A stretch of DNA of 60,035 nt, filler included, from Rhizaria sp. SCN 62-66 (lineage: Eukaryota), in the NCBI GenBank assembly GCA_001724265.1. It is 5 parts of 5 records of this genome, joined end to end, with 100 filler letters (N's around TTAATTAATTAA, not from the genome) between each part and the next. Parts side by side here need not be neighbours in the genome. Positions count along the whole stretch, not along the records: positions 1 to 9,988 come from MEDY01000565.1; positions 10,089 to 20,036 come from MEDY01000566.1; 3 more parts are not named here. One strand, 5' to 3'. The first letter of the stretch is position 1, and each line of letters opens with the position of its first letter. This document shows positions 1 through 12,077 of this stretch, one piece after another. The notes beneath the pieces are model-generated. The model was not told the origin of the DNA. It was given only the letters and a program-made list of their open reading frames with translations, and did not search any database. A program made the position numbers and the translations under genes.

Positions 1-357
1 GGCCTTGGTGAGGCGCTTGCGGAGGTGCTCGTTGATCGAGTTGCGCTTGAAGCAGCGGCGGGCACGGGAGTGGACCATGCCGATGAACTCCTTCTCGGTA
101 AGGTCGATCATCTTCTCGGCCTCGACGCCGCGGAAGAAGTACTGACGGAAAGGCTTCTTGGTGTCGGACTACACCCGGCAAAACACCACAAGGGAACGAC
201 AAGGACAAAGCAAAATGTGCGAGGAAAGCGGTGAGCCGGGTGAACTGGGACAGGCTCTCACTTTGACAAGCCATCCCGAAAGGAAGCGACCGTTACGAAA
301 GAAATGGCAGTATGTGCTAAAAGGATAAATGTGTGAATTCATCAAAAAACGTACCAT
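1..357 (-). CDS. RPS15: 40S ribosomal protein S15 (uS19), 3'-partial; exons 355-357 (ATG only) and <1-168
   Basis: Not in the ORF track. The minus strand reads M|SDTKKPFRQYFFRGVEAEKMIDLTEKEFIGMVHSRARRCFKRNSINEHLRKRLTKA, matching the eukaryotic uS19 N-terminus (FRxFxYRGV...SARxRR). Intron 169-354 has an ATG|GTACGT donor and a TAG acceptor. Confidence 0.9.
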
Positions 358-724
358 ATTGTCTAAACGGCTCTGTTTCGCGTTACACAAAAGCGAAATA
401 AGTAACCCGCTCGTCATGTCCGCAGAAACAAAACATTTTCTTTTTTCGGCCCCTCGACCTTACTGCTCTTTTTTCGCGATATTCTCTCTCTCTGAACTGA
501 TCCAAGACGCCTAATACGCAGGTGTTTTGTGACATGAATTGATCATCAATCGCTGTGTATGTTATATAAAAGGTTGAAAGGTGGTTTTAATTGTGTTTCC
601 AAAATTGTTAATCCTTATAAATTCCATTAAGCTCTCCAATCCGACATCTTGTGCGGCATCACTTTGCGGTGTCTGACTCACCTTATCTCTTGTGCCCCAT
701 TCGTCCCACTCTCTTGCAGAAACT
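358..724. promoter_or_regulatory. Probable bidirectional promoter region between divergent RPS15 and CYP40
   Basis: About 370 nt of AT-rich sequence between two divergent start codons. Positional inference only; no motif identified. Confidence 0.45.
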
Positions 725-1960
725 ATGTCTTCTGACGAGTCTACCCCGAACCCGCGGGTTTTCTTTGATATCGAGATTGCCAACTACAAGGCTGGCCGCA
801 TCGTAATGGAGCTCTTCAAGGTACGACCTCTCTTTCATTCAGGCTCTTGTCAATAACAAGTCCACTGAATCACTGCACAGCCTCTACTAACATCAACTGA
901 CTCTGACTCTATCACATTTCTGATTCCGTTGCTTTTCATCTCACGTTTCTTATAGGACACCGTGCCGAAGACAGCTGAGAACTTCCGCGCTCTGTGCACT
1001 GGCGAGAAGGGCATGGGCCGCTCGTCGAAGCTGCTCCACTTCAAGGGCTCCATCTTCCACCGCGTGATCCGCGATTTCATGATCCAGGGTGGCGACTTCA
1101 CCAACTTCAACGGCACGGGCGGCGAGTCTATCTACGGCGACAAGTTTGAGGACGAGAATTTCATCCACAAGCACTCGGGTCCGTTCCTGCTCTCGATGGC
1201 CAACGCCGGCGCCAACACCAACGGTTCGCAGTTCTTCATCACGTGCAAGGACACCCCGCACCTGGACAACCGCCACGTGGTGTTCGGCCGCGTGCTCAAG
1301 GGCCACGACGTCGTCCGCATGATTGAGAACGAGCCCGGACCGGACGCTACCAACCGGCCTTACAACGACTGCGTCATCGTCGACTGCGGTGAGATCGCTG
1401 AGGGCGAGTCCGACGGCGTGGAGGTTGACCCCGCCGACCCCTGGCCTTACCTTCCACAAGACTGCCCCGAGGCGCTTCAGGTCGCGGACAAGCTTGGCAT
1501 CGCGCTCAAGATCCGTGCCGTGGGCAACCAGCTGTTCCAGGCCAAGGACTACGCGGGCGCGCTGGTCAAGTACGAGAAGGCGATGCGGTACATCTGCGAG
1601 GACTTCCCGTCCCCCGAAGAGGAGCACGAGATGGAGCGCGCCCGCGTGCCGCTGTTCCTGAACCGTGCCGCGTGCTACTTACAGATCGCCAACGCGCAGG
1701 GCGTCGTGATGCACGGCAAGGCCATCTCGGACCTGCTCCAGGTCATCGCGCTCGACGCCAACAACGCCAAGGCGTACTTCCGTCTCGGACAGGCCTACCA
1801 CGCTGCGGGCGACTACGAGGACGAGCTGTCGGCGCTCAAGAAGGCCAACGAGCTCGTCCCCGGCGACAAGCTCGTCATGCAGTGGATGGCGCGCGCTGAG
1901 AAGCTCTGCTCCGAGAACGACAAGCGCACCGCTGCTATCTTGCGCAAGGCCTTCAACTAA
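725..1960 (+). CDS. PPID: Cyclophilin-40 (PPIase domain + C-terminal TPRs); exons 725-820, 956-1960
   Basis: Exon 1 is [32 protein letters not shown]. Exon 2 has the motifs [31 protein letters not shown] and [17 protein letters not shown], then TPR helices ([32 protein letters not shown]). Intron 821-955 is GTACGA...TAG. Stop is TAA. Confidence 0.95.
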
Positions 1961-2307
1961 GTTGTGCGCCGCCGCAACGTGAGTTTGTACGCTTCTGAGT
2001 CAGCGAGACTCAAGAATCTGAAGCTTGATGCTGAGCAGCGTTGCTACTGTGCGTATGTGGCAGCGTCGTGAGTCGATATGTAGTTATGTATTGGAGTATG
2101 AGTTAATTTGAAGAATACAGTGATATATGTTAGTGCATTGAACATGCTAGCTCTTATTAAGTTTACTTTTCAAGTTCGCCACTTATAGCTCGAAGGTGAC
2201 TGTGGGCATTGCTGGCTCGATTGATCTCACAAATTGGCCGCTTAATTTCAAGTTGATTTTGACTTGAAGTAGATCGTCAACTATTTGTATATTCAAGACG
2301 CAAAAAG

Positions 2308-3774
2308 ATGGACAACTCAAGCAGTCTTGGTGAAGACTCGTTTGAAGGCTCGTTCGCGTCTTTCCTTGCATCTACCCGCAAAGCTCATGACGAGTTTGAC
2401 GACAACGCACCTGCTACATCCCGAGGCGACGAGAACACACCGACCCAAACCTTGCTTAACCAGCCTCTCAAAGATGCCATCATTGCAACCGCCGGCGAGT
2501 TCACGCCATGGCCCGCCCCACACAGGCGCCACGCTGAGTCTGATCCTGTTGCCGTAGCTCCCGCCTTCCGGCTTGAGCTTTCGCGTCCCAAGCGGGCGGC
2601 TCCTAGTCCTGCCCGGCAAAAGAGCACTGGAACTATAGGAACACCGCGTCAAGGCGGCAGTACTACGCCGCATATGACTCTGCACGCGTCTGCGTCCTCC
2701 GAAAGCAGCAGTGCTTCGCAGTCGCAGCACGATTCACCCAGCAGGAACCTCTCACAGCCACACTCTCAGCACAACTCGCAGGCGGATAGCGCACCAACTC
2801 AGCGCGGCGCTGTTCAAGACGTTGTGTGGGGCACGCCGCGCGGACGCCATTTGCCGCAGCCTGCGTCACAACTGCATGAATAGCCGTATGCGATCACACG
2901 CTCGCAGTCGCAGACACCGCGTTCCTCTAGCACGGAGGTTGCAGTGTCTCAGCCCGCCACAGAAAGCGCAACGGGCGATGCTGCTGGCAGCGCGCTTGCG
3001 CTCGCAGTGCGGCGCCTCGAGGAGCTGGAGGCCGCGGCGCGCGCGCGCTCGGGCGCTCTGTCCCGCGCACTGCGCGCCAACGCAGCGGCCGAGGGCGCGC
3101 TGCAGTCGCGGCTCCGCGCCGCCGCTGCGCGCGCGCAAACGCTAGCCGCGCTGGAAGCGAGCGTTGCGGCGCTGCACGCGCGGCAAGCGGCGCTCGCGGC
3201 GGGCGCGCGGGCGGGGGCGCGCGGGGCCGCGGCCGCATCAGCTGCAAGGGCGCAGTGCGCCGCGCTGAAGGAGGACGCGGCGCGCGCGCGGCTCGCAGAG
3301 GAAGCAGTACGCGCGCACGCTGCAGCGTTGACAGCGCAGGAAACCGCGCACGAGGAAGGGCTGCGCGCAATTTTGGCGCGCCGGCGCGGCGCCGCACGGG
3401 CAGAGGAAGTGCGCCAACAGGCGCGCGAGCTGCGTGCGCGCATGGACACGAACGACCACGTCGGCGGAGGCAGCGGCGACAGTGGCAGCGTGGCCGAGCA
3501 GGAGGCTGCACAGGCCACGGCTGCGGCGGCGGCAGCTCAGGCAGAGGCGGAGGCCGTGCGGTGCGCTGCGGCGCGAGAGCGGCTGCTGCAGGCGCAGGCG
3601 CAGCGTGCGCGCGCGGAGGAGGCAGTCATCGCGGCGCGCGAAGGTGGCAGCGCCGGGCAGCGCACTGCGGCGACAGTGGCGCTGGCGCTTGCGGCGCGGG
3701 TGCGCGAGCAGACCGGCAAGTGGGCTGAGCGGCTTGATATTATCCGTGAGCGTATGCAGATGTTTCAGCACTAA
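2308..3774 (+). CDS. Hypothetical protein with disordered N-terminus and Ala-rich coiled-coil C-terminus; one in-frame TAG at 2881-2883
   Basis: ORFs 2308-2883 and 2944-3774 share a frame and the only stop between them is TAG. The sequence turns AT-rich directly after the TAA at 3772-3774. Confidence 0.65.
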
Positions 3775-4139
3775 AAATGCACGATGAGATTGAAATTAAA
3801 ATGTGTATATTGTGAATCTTGCGAGAGAACACACACAAGATTGAAATAGAAACGCGGTAGCAGACATACACTAGTTATTATGTTCTAATGAAAACAATGC
3901 ATGACAATGTTGTCTCTTGCACTGAAAGATGGACGAAGTGGTTGATGTTGTGGAACTACTGATAAGGGTTAGGTAAGCAGGTTGGTAAAAATCGCATGTT
4001 TCAATAAGAATGGAATATGATAGCAGTTTGGTATAGCAACAACAAAAAAGTCGCAAAATACAATAAATGTGACATGTGGAATGAACTCTCAACAAGAACA
4101 TTGTAGTAGTCACACGATGTGTAGCACAGATTGGAAGTC

Positions 4140-7100
4140 TTAGATAACGATGAAGCGAGCAATGAGCGTGTCCTTGGCAGCAGAGATAGTGGGCTCCTGC
4201 TTCGCTGCAGCCCTGCCCGCCGGTCCGCGTTTGACGGGCACGGTCACTTCGACGCGCGCGCCCACCTCACGCAGCGGCGCGCGTGGTGCAGCCACAAGTG
4301 CTCCCATCGCCGGCGCTGGAACGCTATCGGTGTACTCGTCCTCGAACAGGATGCCGCCCGCCAGCGCTCCGGAGGCCACGGACTTGACTCTGCCGCCGGA
4401 GGTCGACGCGGTGGCTGCGACGGCCGAAAGCAGCATGGGCGAGCTCGTCCCAAGCGGATCGGCAGGCGACTGTGGCGCTGACAGCAAGGCAGGCTGGCGC
4501 ACGGCCGCTGCGCCCCACACACCCGCGACCGCGGACACGGCGGCGGCGGCGGCGGCCACAGCCACGGCCGGCGCGTCGAAGGCCTGCACCAGCGCCACCG
4601 CGCGCTCCGGCAGCAGCGGCACAACGGGGCCGAACACAGGGCCAGTGGTGCCGCGGCCGTTGGTGGGCGACGCGCGCGCCGCCGTTGAAGAGGGCGGCGG
4701 CGGGGCGGCTAGAGAGAGCGCGAGCGCAGCGCGGAGAGTAGTCCAGCGGAAGTGCGCCTGCAGAGAGCCGACGAGTGCGGGCGCAGCGTTGATACACAGC
4801 AAGTAACGGCGCCCGCGCTGCAGCGGCGACAGCGTGGAAAATACCACGAGAGTCAGCGGCGCCACGCGCGGCAGCGGCGACGCCGAGGCGGCATCCGTCG
4901 AAGTGGCGTTGGCGTCGGCGCGGCAGCAGCGGCAGCCACCGCAGGGGCCGTAGGGCACTGCGACCAGCGCGGGCGTGGCCGGTAGCACGCCCAGCGGTGT
5001 CTGTGGCGTGCCAGGGTTAGACCGGGGAATGCGGACGGTCAATTTCATATCGTGACTGTCGCCGAAGCCGTGGCCGCTGGGAGAGTTTGTGTTCGCAGCG
5101 CTCACACTCGCACTCGCGCTGGGCGTGGAGCTGGGCGTTCTGTCGGAGGAATCCGTGCTCGTGGACAGAGACGCAGCTTGCGTCGCCATGGCGTCGGGGT
5201 CGTCAAACACAAACGCGCCGGACGCGGTCGCAGCGCCGACGACCGGCGACTCAGGCAGCGTGGGCAGCGCCGTCACGGAGGAGTCGCGCGTGGCGAGCAT
5301 CGCGGGGCGCCGCGGCGGGGTGTTGAGCGCCGCGCTGGGGTGCGTCGCGCTCGGATGCACTCCGAGCAGCGCGTGCGAGGGCGAAACCGCCTCGGCGCGC
5401 GCGGCGCCGTCGAGCTCGGTCGCGGGTGCTGGCAGAGCGGGCAGCCACGCGCTGTCACTGAAGCCGTGGCCGTGGACTGCGCTGTGCGCGTGCGTAGTTG
5501 AGGGCGGCACAGAAGGCGCAACGGGGTTGCAGCCGGTGTCCCAGCAGCAGCACTGCTCAGGGCCCGTCAACGATTCGCTGTACAGCGTCTCGCAGTCGCT
5601 CTCTGGCTTGAACATGCGGTCGCCGCGCACCGCCGCGGGAACGCCAGCAATGTACGGCTCGGCCACGACCGGCGTGCTCATCGCCACGGCCACGCGGTCC
5701 GCGCGCGCAGTGTCCGCACACGCCGGCTCCGCGGGCTCAGTTTCGGAGCGGAACAGCGGGCCCACGGCGGAGAGACCGCGCGCGAGTGCAGCGCGCAAAC
5801 GGCCCGGGGCGGCGCCCGCGGCCTCAGTGGGATCGAGCGTCACAGCGCAGTCTTCGTCGGCGTCAGCGTTGTTCCGGGCAAAGCGCGGAACACGGCACGC
5901 GGGCGCGCGTACCCAGCGTAGCGCGCCGTCGACGCCGGCGACCGTGCCGGACGCCTCGGCCACGGGCGAGGCCGCGAGCAGACAGCGGCGCGGCGCGGCG
6001 TGGCGCGGCGGCGCAGTCTGCAACACGGTGACAAGCCCGCGGACGAGCGCGCCCGACACTGCGTCGACGAGCAGCACGGAGGCGTCGTCCAGGGACCGCA
6101 CGCGCACGCGAGGAACGCTTGCCCAGTGGTGACGTGACGCGTCGGCGCCAGCGGCGATCAGCGCCGGCAGCGTTTGCGACGCGCCGTCCAGTTGCGCGTG
6201 CCGCATCCACGGCAAGAACGCAGACAAGGCGTTGGGGAGAGACCCACCAAGCAGCGACTTGCGCCGCGTCGCGTCGCCAGTCGGCGCAACCTCGTCCGCA
6301 ACCAGCCCCGTGCCGAGGAAGGCAACGGGGCCCAACGCAGGCGAAGGCGACTGACTGAGCGCAGCCGCACCGTCAGTGCCCGCTCCAGAGCCAGCGCCGG
6401 CGCCGGCGTGGCGCTGCTGCAGAAACGCCGGCGGGGCGACCATCGGCGACCCACGCATGCGGTCGGAGAACGAGTTGCCGCGGCGGTGGCGCGGCCGCGT
6501 CACCGCAGCGCCCGCCTCCGTGATCTCTATAGCGGCGGCCGCCGCAGCAGCCGCAGGGTCGAGCTCGGCGAGCGGCGGCGGAGGCGAGCTCTCGCTGCCG
6601 CCAGTCTCGGGGCCCGCGGCGGTCGAGTCGCCGCTGCTGCGGCGCAGGAAACCGGCTTGCTGCAGCGGCGGCGGCGGCGGCGGTGGTGAGGCGCCAGAGA
6701 AAGTGAAGGACCGCTGCGTGCGCAGCTCGTGCGGCGCGTCCGCGAGAGGCGTGGGCGCCTGGCCACCAACGACGCCGGGTGCGAGCGGCGTCGGGGCGGG
6801 CTCACGCTGCAACGCGGCGGCGCCAGCTAGCGGGGACGCAAACGGCGTGGCGGCGGCGGACGTGAGAGCGACGCCGGGGCCGTGATACGGCGACGCGTAG
6901 GGTGAAGAGCAGCCACCGCGCGCGCGCGCGGCGCCGCAATCGTCATCCCACAGCGGGTCGTCGGCGGGCGTCCAGTCAGGGAAAAGCCCGGTGGGCACGA
7001 CAGAGTTATTGAGACACCACACAAGGTGGCGCTGCGCAGGGTGCAGAACGGCGTCCGCCGTGAGAGGCAGCGAGGTGACCGTGGTCATCGCCGCCGCGCC

Positions 7101-9988
7101 CCACCGCGCGTTTTCCGCCGCGGCGTCGGGCGTGACAAGCGCGTCGAGTGCGAGGACGCCTGTCCGAGCACACGCGGCGAGGCCGACTGTGCGCAGCGCC
7201 AGCGGACGCGACGCGCCGACGCCCGTGGTCGACGCGGAGAGCGCGGCGCCGGGATACACGTTCGTCGCGCCGATGGAGACCGCGGAACTAGGCGTCGCCG
7301 CTGGAAGCAGACTGCCAGGCGTGGCTGGCACGGAGCCCGCCACACCGGCAGCAACAGGGCCTGGAACAGGGCCGGGCACGGGGCCCAGAGTCGGCGAGCC
7401 GATGCGGCGCGGCAGCAACGAGCGCGCGCCGAGCGTGGGGCTCTGCTGCGCGCCCGCGGGGACAAAGGATGAGGCGGTCGACAGCGCCACCGGCGTGCGT
7501 GCGGCCACCGCCGCAGAGCTCGACGCAGAGACAGATGCCTCAAACGTGAACGAGTGCGACGGCTGCGTCAGCGGCGCCTGCGCAGACTGCGCCGATTGTG
7601 CTGTGACGAGCGGAGTCGCGGGGGGCGCGCAGGGCCCGCGCGGGGAGCCCATCGGCAGCACCGCCGCTCCGCCGTTGTTACCGGACGCAGAGCTCTGCGA
7701 CTGCGGCGCGGGACCGCGGAACGGGAGCGTGGCCGATGAGCCTGGGCCAGAGACGGAGCCGCGGGGCGGGGACGAGAACAGACCGGAGCTGGAGCGGCGC
7801 ATGCCGCCGCCGCCGCCGTTGCCGCCGCCGACGGAAGGCGACATCGCGCCCCCAGCGGCAGAGCCCGCGCCCGCACTGGTGGACGCTGTCACGCCTGCGA
7901 CAACCGCGCCCGTGGGGACTGCAATCGTGAGCGCAACGCGGTCCCGCGGGCCGAGGCCGTAGCTCCACAGCGCGCGGTGGTCGTCGAGGTACAAGTCCGC
8001 AAAGGTGAGCACGAGCGCGGCAGGGTGCAGCGCCGTGAGAGACGCGAGCTGCATCTTGAGCTCGAGCACCGTGTCGCGCGGCGTCACGAGCAGGTTCGCG
8101 TCGCCGATCGGCATCCCGCGTACGGCGAGCGGGAACAGAAGCCGCGAGCCAGCGCCCGCGCCCGCAGTGCCCGCGCACAGGCGCTCGGTCACGGCCACGG
8201 CCGCGGGCTGCGACAGGCCGAGCGCGGCGAGCGAGCGCGGCGCTGCAGCAGTCTCGCTCTCGCTCTGCTCGCCGGGCAGCGGCAGCGCGCGCGCGATGGG
8301 CGTCACGTGCGGCAGCCACAGCCCTGGGTCCGCGCCGTAGCCCTCGTCAGCGGCGTCGGGAAGGGCGATGCGTGAGGCGTCCATGCTCAGCGTTGCGGGC
8401 AGTGTCGGCGGTGCGGATAGCAGCAGACGGCGGAACACTGCGCCCTCGGCCACGGCTTCGAAGTACGGTCCCTCTGGCGCTGACGCCAATGCTGCCGTCG
8501 CAGAGTCACTGGCGGTGGCACTACTGTTGTTCAGCGCGGCCGCACAGGCGCAGGCACGGCGCAGCGCGGCGAGGAGCGCGAGGTCGGCCGCAGCAGGGGC
8601 GCGCCAGTCTGCGAGCGCCACCGCGCGCACTGTGCGCTGCCCTCTGCCCTCCTCGCCCGCCGCGGCGGCGGGGGCCGAGACCGAGTACCACGCCTGAGCG
8701 GGCGCGAACAGGCGCGACTCCGCGTTGCTGTCTGCGGGCGCAGCGGCCGCGCCGGCCGCGGTAGGCGTGGACACAGGCACGGTCTCGGGGCTGCGCAGGA
8801 GCAGCAGCAGCGCGCGCTCCGGGTCGGCGTCGGCGCGCAGCGAGCCAGCCAACAGCGCCGCGCAGCGCGCCGCCCACAACGCGTGCAGCAGCGGGTTCTG
8901 GTTCAGCAGGCGCGCGATCGCAGTCTGCGCGCGCGCGACCGCAGCGCTGCCGGCGCGCACCAGCCCAGTCACCACGCCGGCCGCCGCCGCGGCGGCGGGC
9001 GACACGTTCCCCGCGGTCGCGGCCGCGAACGCGGGCAACGCGGCCTTGTTGGCGGCGTCGGCGGCGGCAGCCAGGGAGTAGACGACAAGCAGCGCAGCCG
9101 ATGCGGCGCCCGCGGCACTCAAAGCGGCCGCAGTCATGAAGCCCTTGGTCGCGCCCGGCGCGGCGGCCGCAGCCACGGCAGCACGCAGCAGCCGCGACAG
9201 CGCGGACAGCGACACGCTTGCCGACTTCGCAGTCGTCGCAGTCGCGTCTGAAGCAGCAGCAGACGCGGTGTCCGTCGCCGGTCTCGCTCTTGGTGTCGTG
9301 ACACTGTCCGGAATCAGCTCGGCGAGCGTGAGGGATACCGCGGGCGCCTGCTTGACCGGTGCAGCTCCCGGCAGCCCGCCGGCCAAGTCAACCTGCGCGT
9401 CATTCTGCACCGTGGCGACGAGCGACTCCATGCTCAGCAGCCCGCGGCCGACCGTGGCGCCGCCCTCCGCGTCCGCGCAAACGGTGGCGGCGGTGCGCGC
9501 ATCGAACGCAGTCACGGGGCCGCGCGGGCCGGCGGCCGCGGCGTGCGTGTGCGGGAACGCGGCGTGCGAACGCAGCTCCGGGGCCGCGACCAGCTCAAGG
9601 TTCAGCTCCGTCTCCGTCGCCGGCGGCGCAGTCGTGGCCGCGGCAGTGTTGCGGGAACTCGAGGGCGCGAAGACCGGCAGCGGCACGGGGGAAAACACGC
9701 GGATCGCGGGCAGCAGCGCCTCTTCGCCGTCGTCAGCGCTCGAGACGGGCGCGAGCAGCAGCGCGCTGTCGCGGCCGGTCAGTGCGGCCACCGCGGCGGC
9801 GAAAGCCGTGGCGGGCGCGTCGCGCGGCGCGGTGACGGCGGGCGCGGGCGCCAGGAGCGTCGCGGGCAGGAGGCGCAGCAGCGGCAGCGGCAGCCGCCAC
9901 GCGGGCGCGCGCTGCGCTGTGGGGGCGGCGGCGGCCGTCGAGGCGGCGGCGACTGCGGCCGCGGCGGCTGCGGCGGCCGCGGCGGCCG
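4140..9988 (-). CDS. Large Ala/Ser/Pro-rich protein with a ubiquitin-like domain, 5'-partial
   Basis: The frame is open from the contig end to TAA at 4140 (about 1950 codons). A UBL-like segment near 7925-8130 reads LLVTPRDTVLELKMQLASLTALHPAALVLTFADLYLDDHRALWSYGLGPRDRVAL. Confidence 0.75.
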
Positions 9989-10088
9989 NNNNNNNNNNNN
10001 NNNNNNNNNNNNNNNNNNNNNNNNNNNNNNNNTTAATTAATTAANNNNNNNNNNNNNNNNNNNNNNNNNNNNNNNNNNNNNNNNNNNN
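9989..10088. other. Artificial contig spacer
   Basis: 44 N + TTAATTAATTAA (stops in all six frames) + 44 N. Confidence 0.98.
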
Positions 10089-12077
10089 CGCGGCGGCAGC
10101 GGCAGCGGCAGCGGCGGCGGCAGCGGCCGCCGCGGCAGCGGTCGCGGCGGCGCCCGGCACGGCGGGCACGTACGCGTAGGGCGCCGGCAGCCCGTGGCCG
10201 TGCGCCGGCACGCCGTGCGCGGCCACTCCATGCGCGGCGGTCGCGGCCGCGGGCACAGCCGCCGGCGCGAGAGCGTGTCCGTTGGCGGCCGCAGCGGCGG
10301 CGTTGTTACTGTCGCTGGTGCTGGGGACCTCGGCCGTGGTGCCCGACGTCGCAGTCGACAGAGATAGCAGCTGCGGCCCGCCTGCGCCGCTGCCGGCGCC
10401 TGAGAGCGGGGCGGAGGCCGTGGCTGCCGAGGCCGCGGTAGGCGACGCGGCGGCTGAGCCCGGCGCGGGCCCGTTGAAGCTGCCGCCGGCGGTGCTGTTG
10501 GTGGGGCTGGAGCCGGAGTAGCGGCCCAGCAACTCGGCCGTGGTCAGCCCGGAGAAGGTGTGCGGGGCCAGCCGCTCCCCGTCCGCGCCGGTCATCGAGA
10601 CAGCGCCGGCGCCGGAGGCGGGGCCCACAGTGACCGTAAGAACGACGCCGCCAGGGACAGTGGCGGCGGCTGCGGGCGCTTCGGTCGGGCCAGAGGCGGC
10701 GCTGGTCGCGGACGCGGAAAGGGCCGCCGCCGCCGCGGGCACAGCAGCAGCAGCAGTGCCAGCCGGGGCTGCAGCTGCGGCCGCGCCGTCGTGCGCTAGC
10801 GAGAAGCCGTCCCCGGCCCCGGGCGCCACGGCGCCGGCAGCGGACGTGCCGTTGGCGCCCGAGGCGGCGCCCGAGGCGGCGGCGCGGCGGCGCGCGCGGC
10901 GCAGCACTGCGTGGAGCGCGGCCGAGTGCTCCGGCGCCACGGACGAGGCCGAGAGCAGCCCCGCCAGCGGCGCGCTCAGCGGCGAGTCGGGCGGGGTTGC
11001 GTCCGCGGCCGCGGCCGCGGCGGCAGCGTCGGCGGCCGCGGCGGCCGCGTCGGCGGCCGCGTCCGCCGTCTGGGCCACGGTCTGCGCGGGTGCGGGCGCG
11101 GGCACAGGCAGAGGCAGCGGGACAGCGGCCGGCGCTGTGATGACGGCCGCGGACGCAGGCGCAGGCGCAGGAACGGACTCTGGCGAGGTGAAGCTGTTGC
11201 CGCTGTTGTTGGCAGCGAGGTCGGTCGCGCTCGCGCCGGCCGAGGCACCAGCGGACTGAGCCTGCGACGTGGGCTGAGACGGCGGCTGGGACTGGACGGG
11301 CGGCGGCAACGAGCTGGGCACAGTCGCCAGCGCCGGCAGCGTGCCAGCGCCAGCGCCCGCGCCAGGAAGAGCGTCGGTGCTGGGCATCTGCGGCATCGGC
11401 ATCGCGGCGCCCAGGCCCAAGCCGTGGCCGTGACCGTGGCCGAGACCGAAGCCTAGGCCCGCGGTGGCGTCGCCGCCGGGGAACGGGTAGACCGGAACCG
11501 CCGCAGGTAGGGGGAACGCAGACCCGTCAGTCACCCCAGCGCCATGGCCGCTGCCATGGCCGTTGGCGTGGCCGCTGAGCGAGGCGAAGGCGCGGTGCGA
11601 CTGCGTTGGCGTGGGGTCGGCCGAGTCCGAGTCCGAGTTGGAGGGCATCGACAGCGTGGGGAAGCCCCCTAGCAGGTGTAGCTGAGCGCCGGCGGCGGAG
11701 CCGGGGGCGGCGCCGGGAGCCGACTGGGGCAGGGCAGCCTTGCCGAAGGGGAAGCCGTGGCCATGCATGTGACCACCGTGCCCGTGACCATGGCCATGGG
11801 CAGTGAGCGGGAGGGGGGTGAGGCCGAGGTCCATGGCGGGGAGCCCGGGGAGCGAGACGGCGGTGGCGCCGGGGGGGAAGCCCATCGCGTCCCCTGCGGC
11901 CGCGGCGGAGGCGCCCCCGAGCATGAGGGCCGCATCCGAGGGCGGGGGCGTGAGGCCGGAGGGCACCGAGGCGGACGAGGCCGAGTGGGAGTGGGGCATG
12001 GCGCCGGAGACGGAGCCGGGGGCGCCGGGGGGCGCGGGCGCGGGGGGGGCGGACCAGGAGACGCCGGCGTCGGCCAT
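10089..12077 (-). CDS. Hypothetical low-complexity Ala/Gly/Pro-rich protein, 3'-partial
   Basis: ATG at 12077 with an in-frame TGA just upstream. Open for about 660 codons to the contig end, with consistent GC-rich codon usage and HG dipeptide repeats. No recognisable domain. Confidence 0.65.
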
